A stretch of DNA of 64,000 bases from Octopus sinensis (GCF_006345805.1 NC_043002.1:77748001-77812000), one strand, 5' to 3'; numbered from the stretch's first letter, positions 25,380-38,783 are shown. Notes: generated from the letters alone by a model not told the origin. Numbers and translations: made by a program.

Positions 25380-28202
25380 TCATCATCATTATCATCATCA
25401 TCATTTAGCATCCGCTTTCCATGCTAGCATGGGTTGGATGGTTCAACTGGGGTCTGTGAAGCCAGAAGGCTGCATCAGGCCCAGTCTGATCTGGCAGTGT
25501 TTCTACGGCTGGATGCCCTTCCTAACGCCAACCACTCCGTGAGTGTAGTGGGTGCTTTTTACGTGCCACCCGCACAGGTGCCAGATGGAGCTGACAAACT
25601 GCCACGGACGGATGGTGCTTTTTATGTGCCACCCGCACGGGGGCCAGGTGAGGCTGGCAACGGCCACGAACGGATGGTGCTTTTTACGTGCCACCGGCAC
25701 GGGGGCCAGGCGAGGTTGGCAATGGTCACGAACGGATGGTGCTTTTTACGTGCCACCGGCACGGAGGCCAGTCGGGGCGGCGCTGGCAACGGCCATGATC
25801 GGATGGTTCGCTTACTTGTCACCGGCACTGGTATCACAGCTGCAATTTCCATTGATATTGATCAACTTCGATTTTGGTTCTGCTTTCTGATATCTGATTT
25901 GATTTGGTTTGATTTTGATTTTCACTAGCCTCAACGGGTCTTCACAAGTGGAGTTTTGTGTCCCAAGAAGGAAAGGTATGTATAAGTCGACTGGCTACAT
26001 ACCAGGTAGAGGCCACGGGTTATGGTCTCACTAGTCTTGCCGGGTCCTCTCACGCACAGCATACTTCCATAGGTCTCGGTCTCTAGTCATTTCCTTCATG
26101 AGACCTAAAGTTCGAAGGTCGTGCTTCACCACCTCGTCCTAGGTTTTCCTGGGTCTGCCTCTTCCACAGGTTCCCTCAACTGCTAAGGTGTGGCACTTTT
26201 GCACACAACTATCTTCAGCCATTCTCGTCACATGACCATACCAGCGCAAACGTCTCTCTTGCACACCACAACTGATGCTTCTTAGGTCCAACTTTTCTCT
26301 CAAGGTACTTACACTCTGTCGATTATGATCACTGACATTACACATCCATCGGAGCATACTGGCTTCATTTCTTGCAAGCTTACGCATATCCTCAGCAGTC
26401 ACAGCCCATGTTTCACTACCATGTAGCATGGCTGTACGTACACATGCATCATACAGTCTGCCTTTTACTCTGAGCGAGAGGCCTTTTGTCACCAGCAGGG
26501 GTAAGAGCTCTCTAAACTTTGCTCAGGCTATTCTTACTCTAGCAGTTACACTTTCAGCACACCCACCCCTGCTACTGACTTGGTCACCTAGGTAGCGGAA
26601 GCTATCAACTACTTCTAGTTTTTCTCCCTGGAACGTGGTAGAAGTTGGTCTCTGCACATTTTCAGTGTTTATTGCTCCTGAGCATCTGCCACAGACAAGA
26701 ACTATTTTCCTAGTTAGCCTTCCTTTGACATTGCTGCACCTCTTATGTGTCCATAGCTTACACTTGGTGCACCTTATAGAGTTTCTACCTACACCTTTTT
26801 TACAGATTGAGCAGGGCCATCTACCTGAAGGCGTTTGTGATTGGTCTACCTTCCTACTTATTAGGACTTTGGTTTTGGCTAGGTTGATTCTAAGGCCCTT
26901 CGATTCTAATCCTTGCTTCCACACCTGAAACTTCTCCAGTTCTGATAGTGACTCAGCAATTAGAGCAAGGTCATCAGCATAGAGGAGCTCCCAGGGGCAT
27001 CCTCTCTTGAAATCCTCTGTTATTGCCTGGAGGACTATGATAAATAGGAGGGGACTGAGGACTGAACCTTGGTGGACCCCAACCTCTACCCGGAATTCTT
27101 CACTGTACTCGTTGCCAACCCTCACCTTTCTAGCAGCGTCTCTGTACATGGCTCGCACAGCTCTCACTAACCATTCATCTATCCCTAGTTTCCTCATTGA
27201 CCACCAGATAAGGGATCGGGGGACCCTGTCGAAGGCTTTCTCCATGTCAACAAAAGCCAGGTACAGGGGCTTATCTTTGGCTAGGTATTTCTCCTGCAGC
27301 TGTCTTACCAGGAATATAGCATCAGTAGTACTTTTCCCTGGCACGAACCCAAACTGCATCTCACCTAAGCTAACTCTCTCTCTAATTAGTTGGGCTATAA
27401 CCCTCTCCGTAACCTTCATTACCTGATCCAGCAGCTTGACACCCCTGTAGTTATTTGTATCTAGGGCATCACCTTTACCTTTGTAGCAGTTGACTATTAT
27501 ACTGCTACACCAGTCATTGGGTATGACTCCTTCGTGTATCACCTGGTTAACTATACGGGTGACTAGGCTATAGCCGACACTACCAGATATTTTGAGCATC
27601 TCTGCAGTAATTCCTGATGGGCCTGGGGCTTTCCCTGTTTTCATGCTTGTAATTGCCTTAACTACTAAGGAACTGTCAACTCGGATTGCTGGTCCCTCTG
27701 TTGGGTCGACATTCGGCAGACTCTCTTTATCCCATTCATTTTCCTCATTCAGCAACCTTTCATAGTGGCGTCTCCAAACCTCTCTCTTTGCATCCTCATT
27801 TAGCGCAAGTGAACCGTCATCCTTACGAACACATTTCTCTCCTACCACGTCATGATTCTCTCTCACACACTGTCTTGCTATACGAAATACCTCACAGCGC
27901 AGAACATTGGCAAATTTTTTCTTATCTGCTTCCCCTCTGGCTAAATACACCTGCCTCCTAGCTTCCCTTCTGGCAGTCTGATACACTTCCCTGCTACCAC
28001 CATTCTTCCAGTCCTTCCAAGCCTGTTTCTTTTGTCTAATAGCCCTGTCAACAATATTGTTCCACCATCACGTTATTTTGGGTCTTGAGGGGACTTTGCA
28101 CCAGCCACAGATCTGGTCAGTGGCTTTCAGCAGGTTGTCCCTTAGAAGCGTCCAGTTGTCTTCTACCCCATGTGTAGCTATACCCCCTTCTATTTCGTCA
28201 AA
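25380..28202 (-). mobile_element. RTE-clade LINE, 5'-truncated, ~2.8 kb
   Basis: RT-bearing ORF, 3' UTR with ~47-bp repeats and a (GAT)n tail, inserted in a TA/AGAT microsatellite. Confidence 0.95.
26020..28200 (-). pseudogene. RTE reverse transcriptase ORF, disrupted
   Basis: Motifs KAPGPSG, QFGFVPGKSTTDAI, FVDMEKAFDRV, QGSVLSP, LLYADD and a Cys/His cluster. Premature stops and a frameshift near 26500. Confidence 0.95.
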
Positions 28203-28209
28203 TATATAT

Positions 28210-28258
<49 letters not shown>

Positions 28259-28269
28259 CAGATAGACAG

Positions 28270-28351
<82 letters not shown>

Positions 28352-28399
28352 AAGATATCATCATCCTCATATATGTATGTATATATATATTTATATATA

Positions 28400-28830
28400 T
28401 GTAGAAGGTTTTATATATAATAATATAAATAATATACATGCATATATGGGTACAGGACATCAAAAAAAAGTGAACAAAATGAGAAACAAGAACATAAAAA
28501 ACAAAAGCATGGAAAATGAACATTTTTCGAACAACAAAAGAAACAAATAGAGAAATGAGACAGGCAACATAAAGAATGTTCCCTTCATCAGATGTCCCCT
28601 GTTTTATCTACTCCGCGTTTTGAAGGTAGAGACAAGAGGCAACTTTGTTAAAACAGTCCTTCCTGCAAAGGAAATTAGATAAAATTTGGGATTTTTTGCG
28701 GAGGGATAAAGTGGTAACAAAAACAGGACAGTAAGAACAAAACAGTAAAAACAAACGGTGAGAGCTCTTAAGCCATAACGAGGTGAAGTGGTGAATGCTG
28801 GAAAAATGAACTTTGAGAAGAGACAGGCAA
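28400..28830. repeat. Unclassified TA-anchored repeat-like segment, possibly Penelope-like
   Basis: A-rich, bounded by TA tracts. The minus strand has CTGATGA and a stem but no GAAA. Confidence 0.3.
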
Positions 28831-28849
28831 AAGCACATCTTGTCTTTAA

Positions 28850-28904
<55 letters not shown>

Positions 28905-29139
28905 AATACATATATATCATTTTATTCTGTTACTGGTTTCAGCCAGAGGCCGAGGCCATGCTAGAACACTGCCTTTCAGTGTTTTGGGGTCTCCTCTCAG
29001 TAATCTTTTTGGTGAAGAAGTGAGTTGGACAAAACTGCTCTTTATTGTGCATCCTGCCGTGATGTGGCCTCATCTGAGATTTCAGATACATATATTCAAA
29101 TGTATAAGTGGATGGATGGATGGATAGAAAAACAGACAG

Positions 29140-29216
<77 letters not shown>

Positions 29217-29401
29217 TATGGGCACAAGCATAGTTCAGTAAAGATCTTTACTTCTCAGTCACATGGTTTCAGGTTCAATTTCACTGCATGGCACTTTGGG
29301 CAAAGCCTTGAGAGTAGATTTGGTAGACAGAAACTGAAAAAAGGTTATCATGTGTGTATATATGAATATATATATTCATATATACATGCAGGATAACCTC
29401 T

Positions 29402-29634
29402 TTTACTCTCTTTTATTTGTTTCAGTCATTTGACTGCAGCCTTGCTGGAGCACCACCTTTAATCGAACAAATTGACCCCAGAACTTATTCTTTGTAAACT
29501 TAGTACTTATTCTATCGGCTTCTTTTGCTAAGCCACTAAGTTACAGGGATGTAAACCCACCAGCATCGGTTGTCAAGAGATAGTAAGGGGACAAACACAG
29601 ACACCTAAACATATACATACATACACATACACTC

Positions 29635-29666
<32 letters not shown>

Positions 29667-30461
29667 GTATCTTGTGGTACCAGTGCCGGTGGCACACAAG
29701 AAAACCATCCGAACGTGGCCATAGCCAGTACTGGCCTCCGTGCTGTGGGCACGCAACAAACACCATCCGATCGTGGCCGTTCGCCAGCCTCATCTGGCAC
29801 CTGTGTCGGTGGCACATAAAAACACCATCCGAAGACCCGGCAAGACTAGTCAGGCCATAACCCGTGGCCCCTACCTGGGACGTAGTCAGTCCACCTGTGC
29901 ATACCTTCCTTCTTGTGACACTTGTGAAGACCTGTTGAGGCAAGTGAAAATCAAATCAAATCAAAACAAATCAAAATAGATGAACATCAATGGAATTTGT
30001 ATCTTTGTGGTACCAGTGCCGGTGGCACACAAGAAAATCATCCGAACGTGGCCGTAGCCAGTACCGCATAGACTGGCCTCCGTGCTTTGGGGACGTAACA
30101 AACACCATCCGATCGTGGCCGTCCGCCAGCCTCATCTGGCACCTGTGTCGGTGGCACATAAAAACACCATCCGAGCGTGGCCGTCTGCCAGCCTCATCTG
30201 GCACCTGTGTCGGTGGCACATAAAAACACACCATCCGAGCGTGGCCGTTCGCCAGCCTCGTCTGGCACCTGTGTCGGTGGCACATAAAATCACCCACTAC
30301 ACTCTCGGAGTGGTTGGCGTTAGGAAGGGCATCCAGCTGTAGAAACACTGCCAGATCTGACTGGCCTGGTGCAGCCTTCGGGCTCCCCAGACCCCAGTTG
30401 AACCGTCCAACCCATGCTAGCATGGAAAACGGACGCTAAATGATGATGATGATGATGATGA

Positions 30462-30506
<45 letters not shown>

Positions 30507-30612
30507 ACAGGCTTCTTTCAGTTTCCGTCTACCATATACATTCACAAGGCTTTGGTCAGCCTGGGACCATGTAGTTAGTAAGCAAGCTACTTACCATACA
30601 GTCACTTCTGTG
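29402..30612 (-). mobile_element. SINE family A split by an RTE insertion (halves 29402-29640 and 30500-30612)
   Basis: The two halves are colinear on either side of the insert in the internal (TA)n. Confidence 0.8.
29668..30465 (+). mobile_element. RTE 3' UTR copy with a duplicated 5' block
   Basis: 29668-29830 repeats 30001-30170. Ends in (GAT)n. Confidence 0.85.
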
Positions 30613-30629
30613 CCTTTTAAAGCAGTGAG

Positions 30630-30749
30630 ATGCTTGCAGCACCTAGGTTTCCCAAGCAGTCACCCATCTAAGTACTCACCAGGTTTGACATTGCTTAACT
30701 TCGGTGATCAGATGAGAGCCAGTGTATTCAAAATGATATGGCCATAAGC
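30630..30749 (-). pseudogene. 5S rRNA pseudogene, full length (120 nt)
   Basis: The minus strand reads GCTTATGGCCATATC...GATCACCGAAGTTAAGCAA...AGTACTTAGATGGGTGACTGCTTGGGAA...GTGCTGCAAGCAT, colinear with animal 5S and showing many C>T/G>A changes. Confidence 0.9.
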
Positions 30750-30799
30750 CATATATGAAATATATGTGTGTGCACGCACATGTGTGCATGCGTGCATAT

Positions 30800-31130
30800 G
30801 TGTGTGCGTACGGGTACACATGTGTGTGTGTGTGTGTGTATGAGTGTGTCTGTGTCTCCTTGTCTTCACATTGCATGATGGCTGTAAAACAAATGCCACC
30901 CTTGTACAAGCAATATTATTCATTCCCAAAGGGGAAATATTTCTTTGCTTTGAGACAGGTGAGGGTTAGTGATAGGAAGAGCATTTAATCACAGAAAACC
31001 CTGCCAAAGCCTTGTGGAGCTTTAGATGTTTTCACTCAATAAACACTCATAATGCCTGATCTGGGAATCGAAACCGCAATCCTACGACCGCGAGTCCGCT
31101 GCCCTAACCACTGGGGCATTGTGCTTCCAC
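30800..31130. mobile_element. SINE with RTE-type tail (+) joined to a SINE family F head (-)
   Basis: Homology to 48995-49400 and 23515-23785. Confidence 0.6.
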
Positions 31131-31175
31131 ATATACATATATAAGGGAATAAGAAATTATGTAATGAACTTCATT

Positions 31176-31230
31176 AGCTTACAGCTGCTTCTGCTATAAG
31201 ATACAGTGCACTCATAGCCTCATCAGAGCT
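31176..31230 (-). ncRNA. Decayed type I hammerhead motif
   Basis: AGCT-CTGATGA-GGCTAT(16 nt)ATAGCA-GAAG-CAGCTG-TA-AGCT, two substitutions from canonical. Confidence 0.6.
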
Positions 31231-31637
31231 TCAAAAATGAAGTGCAATTTCATAAATACAGAAAACATCACCAAAACATAGTATCAAGTTTGAAGGGGAA
31301 AAGCCACTCCCAGGAATATGTAGATTTAGATCATTTAGATAATTTGTGTATATATGTCTACAAAGATGGGCATATAAATAACTACACACATATGGAAGAT
31401 ATAAACAGATTATGTATATTAATAGAGATTGTAGATAGAGTGACCATAAAGAACCCAGATAGAAAGAAGGAAATGGAGACATGTAAAAGATGATGAAAAC
31501 CAAAATCTAGGGAGGAAGAAAGAGATAGAGAGAAATCCAAGTTTTTTTAGAAGTTTAGAAGGCTTTTCTAATGCTTTTCTCTGAAGTATATGTATAATGA
31601 GTTTTAACACTGGGTTAAACAAAATATTGATATCAAA

Positions 31638-31838
31638 TTTTGGCACAAGGCCAGAAATTTCAGAGGAGGGGTAAGTTAATTATATCAACCTCAGTGTTTA
31701 ACTGGCACTTATTTTATCAACGCTGAAAGAATAAAAGGCAAAGGTAACCTCAGCAGAATTTGAACTCATAACATGAAGTCAGATGAAACACTGCTTAGCA
31801 TTTTGCCCAGCATCTGAATTATTCTGCCAGCTTGCAAC
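31638..31838 (-). mobile_element. SINE family C, diverged
   Basis: cagaatttgaactc...ttctgccagc. Confidence 0.7.
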
Positions 31839-32041
31839 CTTTGCCTAAGCAAAGTACATACATACATATGTACGTACATTCCAGGCAAGATTCTTGCCAG
31901 TGCCTCCAGAGTGGAAGCAATATTATCAATAATACCCAAAATTGTGCTCAATCTCCAGGCTGATAACTGAAGAGGTGTTAGTGACCTTAGATGTTTTCCA
32001 TTCATTCAGGTATTTAGTATATGTTCATATGTTTATTTACT

Positions 32042-32088
<47 letters not shown>

Positions 32089-32185
32089 GCAAAAAAGTGT
32101 GAAATATAATTATTTAATAAAATTAATAAATTTCACCTAGTAGATTTTTCGGTATGGAAAAGACCATATTTGGTAAGAATTATAT

Positions 32186-32476
32186 TAATTATAATAAAGG
32201 GTTAATTGCAACAAGTTGCTCAAAACCACATACCGAAAATATTAGAAATAGCAGCCAAATAGATCACTATTTCTCCTACTAATAAAAAGTCTCCACAAAC
32301 AAATAGAATTTGTAACCCATATATGGTAAGGAGAAAGAAAATAATGAAATCCCAGCCTTTTGGATTAATTATATTTTTATTAGTAGGAGAAATAGTGATC
32401 TATTTGGCTACTATTTCTAAAATTTTCGGTATGTGGTTTTGAGCAACTTGTTGTAATTAACCCTTTATTATAATTA
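32186..32476. repeat. Inverted repeat with 103-bp arms (3 mismatches) and an 85-bp spacer
   Basis: 32186-32288 versus 32374-32476. The right end abuts (TA)n. Confidence 0.9.
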
Positions 32477-32497
32477 TATATATATATATTTATATGT

Positions 32498-32892
32498 AGG
32501 CGTAGGAGTGACTGTGTGGTAAGTAGCTTACTTACCAACTACATAGTTCCGGGTTCAGTCCCACTGCATGGCACCTTGGGCAAGTGTCTTCTACTATAGC
32601 CTCCGGTCAACCAAAGCCTTGTAAGTGGATTTGGTAGACGGAAACTGAAAGAAGCCTGTTGTATATATGTATGTGTGTGTATGTGTGTTTGTGTCTGTAT
32701 TTGTCCCCCCAACATCGCTTGACAACCGATGCTGGTGTGTTTATGTCCCTGTAACTTAGCGGTTCAGCAAAAGAGACTGATAGAATAAGTACTAGGCTTA
32801 CAAAGAATAAGTCCTGGGGTCGATTTACTCAACTAAAGACGGTCTTCCAGCATGGCCACAGTCAAATGACTGAAATAAGTAAAAGATTAAAG
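32498..32892 (+). mobile_element. SINE family A, full length
   Basis: ggcgtaggagtgactgtgtgg head, ggttcagtccc B-box-like motif, CORE-like accttgggcaagtg. Confidence 0.9.
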
Positions 32893-32946
32893 AGTATATA
32901 TATGAATATGTCATATTTGCCATTTGTTGTCTTATTTAGAAAACAA

Positions 32947-33015
<69 letters not shown>

Positions 33016-34176
33016 TACATACATACATGTATATGTATATATACTAGCATTTCCATTGACTGAACAACAAAGGTAGGATTTGCTTTTATTTTGTAGCATT
33101 ATTTGTCAGAATGAAACAGAACTTGATTTCTCATCATTTGGTGGAAAATAAACAATAGCTATAACAATTGTAACAGCAAATGATATTTACAATAAAATAA
33201 AATATCCATATTTCTCTGGTTTATTCAAAACTAAGAGGTCAACTACTAAATGATAACATCTTGCTTATATAATTGTTCCAGAATGGGAGTTACTTGTAAT
33301 GTTTATACAACTATAGTCAGAAGTCTGTTCAATTAGAAGGAAGGGTTGGTGCCACTGATCTATAGCTATGTTTTTTTTCATAAAAGTGTAGTATAATTAA
33401 GTATTAATTAGCTCACATGACTCTACCATGATGTAAAGCATTAATTGTTTGATATTAATAATTAATAGAGTAAAAAATAAAACAAAATATTTAATTAGCT
33501 GCTACAAATTTTTAATTAGCTCGTACAGATCTTCTTTTTAATTAAAGCATACAGAGTTTGCAGATTTTTTAATGTTAACCAAACCAAACAGAAAGTATGT
33601 AGACTAATTACTAGTGCTAATTAATTATGGCATGCAATGTAGTTAAAATGATAATTTCTTATAATACTGGAATGAAATTCACCAACTTAGAGGTGGAGAT
33701 ATTTAGAATTACAGTTACTCTGATATTTATTTTATCAATCACCAACTGAAGAAACATAGCGCTGACAGAACAGTATTTATCCCTCAATCCTCACAGAAGG
33801 TTGAGAAACAAAACTAAATCAAAGAAAACATCTGAGCCCATTTCTGCTATTCCCTCAATATTGGCCACTTTTTATGATTTGGCACAAAATCCTATATCCT
33901 CGTCTACATCATTATCATCATCGTCATCATTTTTATATCTGCTTCTTCATAAGTTTACATAGGTTCCACTGACCTTTTTTAGGACAGTGCTCTACTGCCA
34001 GATGCTTTGTTGAACAACAATCCATACTTGTTTTCAGGTAAGATACTATATTGCAAAGGTTTTTTCTATATCAACCTGTCAAATAAGACATTTTATTTAT
34101 GAGATGACAAACAAATCACTTCCCAAAAGCTGTGTCATAGCAATGATATGTGGAGACAAACACATACACATATGCA

Positions 34177-34179
<3 letters not shown>

Positions 34180-34242
<63 letters not shown>

Positions 34243-34244
34243 AT

Positions 34245-34291
<47 letters not shown>

Positions 34292-34323
34292 TATATATAT
34301 CATATATATATATATATACAATA

Positions 34324-34358
<35 letters not shown>

Positions 34359-34526
34359 TATATATATATACATATATATATAATATACATATATATATAT
34401 ATATACATAATATATATATATATATATATATACTATATATATATATATACATATATACATATATATATATATATACATTATATATATACATAATATATAT
34501 ATATATATATATACTATATATATATA

Positions 34527-34603
<77 letters not shown>

Positions 34604-34700
34604 CTATATATATATATATATACATATATATAATATAATATATATATATATATATATAATATATATATATTATATATATATATATTATATATATATGTCA
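34180..34700. repeat. ~520-bp interrupted (TA)n tract
   Basis: Seen directly. Confidence 0.95.
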
Positions 34701-35049
34701 GCATGGCATATGGATATTAAATGATGATGATGATGTAAGCATATATAAATAATGTGTGACTGTGTATATATGTATGTATTTATGCATAAATGTATGTATA
34801 TATATATATATATATATACATATATATGAACATACATACTTATATATATATAATAATAATATTAGGTAGTATAGCTCCAAACTTACAGGGAAAAATTCGA
34901 TTTAGTATTAAATCAAATTTCACAGTATAAATATAAATATGCATTGGTTTATGTCTATCACTGTTTGAGTTGCATAATAGTGGTTTTATCTCTAATTCAT
35001 ATTTTATATATATATATATATAGGTATGTATGTACATATATGTGTGTAC

Positions 35050-35330
35050 AGTGCCGCTGAATTGGCACCTGTGCAGGTGGCACATAAAAAGCACAATTTG
35101 AGCATGGCTGTTGCCAGTACTGCCTGACTGGCCCTCATGGCGGTGGCACATAAAAGCACCCACTACACTCTCGGAGTGGTTGGCATTAGGAAGGGCATCC
35201 AGCTGTAGAAACTCTGCCAGATCAGATTGTAGTCTGGTCCAGCCATCTGGTTCGCCAGACCTAAGTCAAATCATCCAACCCATGCCAGCATGGAAAGCAG
35301 ATGTTAAACGATGATGATGATGATGATATA
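35050..35330 (+). mobile_element. RTE 3' tail
   Basis: ggcacataaaagcacccactacactc...(GAT)n. Confidence 0.85.
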
Positions 35331-35989
35331 TACATACATTTATATATACATACATACATACATACATACTCACACATATTATTTATATATGCTTACATCA
35401 TCATCATTATCATTTAATGTCCATATGCCATGCTGACATAAGTTGAATGGTTTGACATGATCTGATGAGGGTAGTATCATGTTCCAATGTCTGTTTTGGC
35501 ATGGCTTCTATGACTGGATGTCCTTCCTAACTTCAACAACTTTACATTGTGGATTGGGTGCTTTTTTTTTTGTGCCACTTGCACTCAATGTAACATGTTG
35601 AACTTAAGAAAAGTCTTGCATATTTTTACTGTTTCACTTACAGATTTTGTTCGTAATATGCATGTTTGCTGGCTGACTTCTTTTTCTGAAAACACTAACT
35701 TTTCCAGATTGTCACTTAAACATTTACTAAGAAAACCAAGAGCACCAGTTATTATCAAAGGTGAATTTATAAAGGTAAAATGCATAATCTTGATATAAAA
35801 GCTGGAGGTTTCAAAGCAGTTGTTGGTAGTTATCCTCTTTCTCTCTGATTTTCAAAGAGATATTCACATCAACAGGACAGCTAACATCTATGATGGTTAT
35901 ATACTTTTTCTTGTCTGTCTCAAACAGCTACATCTGGCTTGTTATGCTTGTACTTGGTAGACGTTTTGAGGGTAGTGTTCCACCAATAG

Positions 35990-36165
35990 GTGCAGGAGTG
36001 GCTGTGTGGTAAGTAGCTTGCTTACCAACCACATGGTACTGGGTTCATTCCCACTGTGTGGCACCTTGGGCAAGTGTCTTCTACTATAGCCTCGGGACAA
36101 CCAAAGCCTTGTGAGTGGATTTGGTAGACAGAAACTGAAAGAAGCCCATCGTATATATGTGTGTG

Positions 36166-36209
<44 letters not shown>

Positions 36210-36436
36210 ATATATGCATGTGTGTGTGTATCTTTGTGTGTCTGTGTTTGTCCTCCCAACATCACTTGACAACCAATGGTAGTGTGTTTACGTCCCCGTA
36301 ACTTAGCGGTTCGGCAAAAAGAGACCAGTCAAATAAGTACTAGGCTTACAAAGAATAAGTCCAGGGGTCGATTTCCTCAACTAAAGGGGTGCTCCAGCAT
36401 GGCCTCGGTCAAAATGACTGAAACAAGTAAAAGAGT
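35990..36436 (+). mobile_element. SINE family A, full length
   Basis: Same organisation as 32498-32892. Confidence 0.9.
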
Positions 36437-36775
36437 AATATTTCTTGTGTTAATCTTTTTGTATGTGTTCAATAACAGGGAGATTCTCTGTATTGATCCC
36501 AGGACAGTCTTTTTTGTTTTTCAGATGGCACTGTATATTGTTTGAGCAACAACATCACATTGCACTGGGCAGTAGTACCCTGATGACATCTTCGGATCCA
36601 TGTATATTATAGAACTCTTATGATAAATCAAACAACAAAAAAATGTTAAGGAAATGGTGGGTGTAAACTCAAAAGTTTTTCAGTATTTTATTTTTAACCC
36701 CCTGAATTCTGTTTATACCCTGCTGAGTCAGTATTGAGAATAATTTCTGGTAAGTGGGTTTATGATGTGTTTCTT

Positions 36776-37005
36776 ATTTCTTTATTGCCCACAAGGGGCT
36801 AAACATAGGTTGGACAAACAAGGACAGACATAGGGATTAAGTCAATTACATCAACCCCAGTGCATAACTGGTACTTAATTTATCGACCCTGAAAGGATGA
36901 AAGGCAAAGTTGACCTCGGCAGAATTTGAACTCAAAACGAAACGGTAGACGAAATACCGCTAAGCATTTCACCCAGTGTGCTAACGATTCTGCCAGCTCG
37001 CCACC
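36776..37005 (-). mobile_element. SINE family C with a perfect 17-bp TSD (putative parent of 3838-4156)
   Basis: TTTATGATGTGTTTCTT at 36759-36775 and 37006-37022. Confidence 0.9.
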
Positions 37006-37507
37006 TTTATGATGTGTTTCTTCCTAATGGGAGTGCATGTGTGTGTGTGCACACATATGGCCATGCATGAGTGCATGTGTGTGTGTGTGTGTGTTATATA
37101 ATATCAGTCTCAGAATGTACTGTCCCTATACCAAAACAAATAAGGTTCACAAGATTAATAAAGACCTTACTCATCCCTGGTCCTACAGATTATTCAGTTT
37201 TTGAAATTATTAACTGATTTTTGGTGAGATAGACACTCACTGGTTTCTTTGATATTTCAAGTTATTTATTTATCCCAACACATAGAGATATTAAACATGG
37301 TTTTACATCAGAAGTATATAGCTGGCTGCCTTTATGTTCTATTCTACATCTAACCAATAGTAACTATAACAATTCTACAAGAGAGCCCCTGAGAAAATGT
37401 GATGTCCATGCATTTCCCAAGTGTATTAGAACTCAACTTCTAAGAAATAGCAGCTAAATTCTATCAAATTATACCCATCATATTAGAAAATGAGGCAAGC
37501 ATTAGAC

Positions 37508-37737
37508 CACTGGTTCTCAACTAGGGTCCATATAAATTTTTTTGTTAAAATTTATGTGCAATAAATTGGTTATATGTCTACAATTCACAAAATATTTTAA
37601 TTTTTTTATACAAATCCTAATAATATTCAATTATAAAAATACATTAAGATCTTTTTTATATACACATATGGGGGTCCAGAAGAGTAAACTAGGAATCAAA
37701 GGGGGTCCATAGGCAAAAAAATGGTAGAAAATGTCTG
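37508..37737. mobile_element. hAT-type MITE, 230 bp
   Basis: Left end CACTGGTTCTCAAC, degraded right TIR, 8-bp TSD CATTAGAC/CATTAAAC. Confidence 0.75.
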
Positions 37738-37774
37738 CATTAAACAGTGTAGTCTTAAATCAACAAAAAGACAA

Positions 37775-37900
37775 ATGGTCGTGGCTGAAATGAATTTGAT
37801 CAAAGATCTGCTCGATCAAGGCTGACCTGAGGGTGAAAAACATTACCACACTAACAACAACATCAACAATAAAAATAACAACAACAACAACAACAACAAA
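37775..37900 (+). mobile_element. 3' tail of retroelement family E ending in (CAA)n
   Basis: Related pieces at about 16105, 44765, 59265 and 60580. Confidence 0.5.
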
Positions 37901-38783
37901 TTGTGAGAATTCAGGATGAAGTTGCAACTGAAGTGTCTTTTGAAATTTTAGAATTATTCTCAAAACATTACAGGAAGATAATAACAAGCTGAACATTAAA
38001 GCGTCAATCACAGAACAAACAGTAGAGTAGTTTGGCAACATGCCAACCAGGCAACTCATTGGAGACAACATACAGCTAACAGCTAATATTGAACTAGTAT
38101 CATTTATTTCCCCATATAACCTCATTTAACTGTAAGCCATAAAATGGCCCATAATTTCGCTGCATTTTAATTTATGGAATATATTTGAAGTATAATTGCC
38201 AAAGGTAGTTGCAAATTCTAAGAATATCTGTCTAAAATTCTGAAGAAAGCAACCAGTATTTTATTTGCATTATAAGCAATAGAAAATCATAAAATTAAAT
38301 TGTAATGACATCACCATAATGTATTTGAATTTTTGATTATATATTATTTTCTTCTTCCTTTTTTTAAACTGTTCTGCTGCCCATAAAGACTCGTTTGCTT
38401 CTAACACATCAAGTAATACTGTACTTCAGCTAAACATTACAGTAAGGAGAAATCAGCCAGTACAAAAACAAGGATTTTTTCAAAGATCAATAATTGAATA
38501 AAACTCCACCAATGCCTAAGAAGAAGAGAACCTTTTCCAACTATCAATAGTCTCCAAAACGAGGCTAGCCAGCTGATTAAACCAACCTATTTTGTCTATC
38601 ACTCACCTTTGATCTCATGCCACAGAGACAAGACAACCTTCCTTGTTGCTCTTCTTTAACCATTACCACCACTACCACTACTATCATCACCATCATCACC
38701 TCTACAACCATCTCCACCACCAGCTTTACCTCAAAATATCAACCACCACCACCACCACATCAGCAGTAAACAAACTCATTCTC

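Noticed and set aside
28560-28625. Hammerhead candidate (CTGATGA on the minus strand)
   Set aside because: No GAAA follows the stem and no helix I can be formed.
30630-30749. Functional 5S rRNA gene
   Set aside because: Many transitions disrupt the helices, the copy is solitary and there is no oligo-T terminator right after it.
36575-36605. CTGATGA followed by a C(UUCG)G hairpin
   Set aside because: GAAA and helix III are absent, so it is probably chance.
38601-38680. Minus-strand donor AAG|GTGAGT
   Set aside because: No definable acceptor, and the upstream sequence is trinucleotide repeat.
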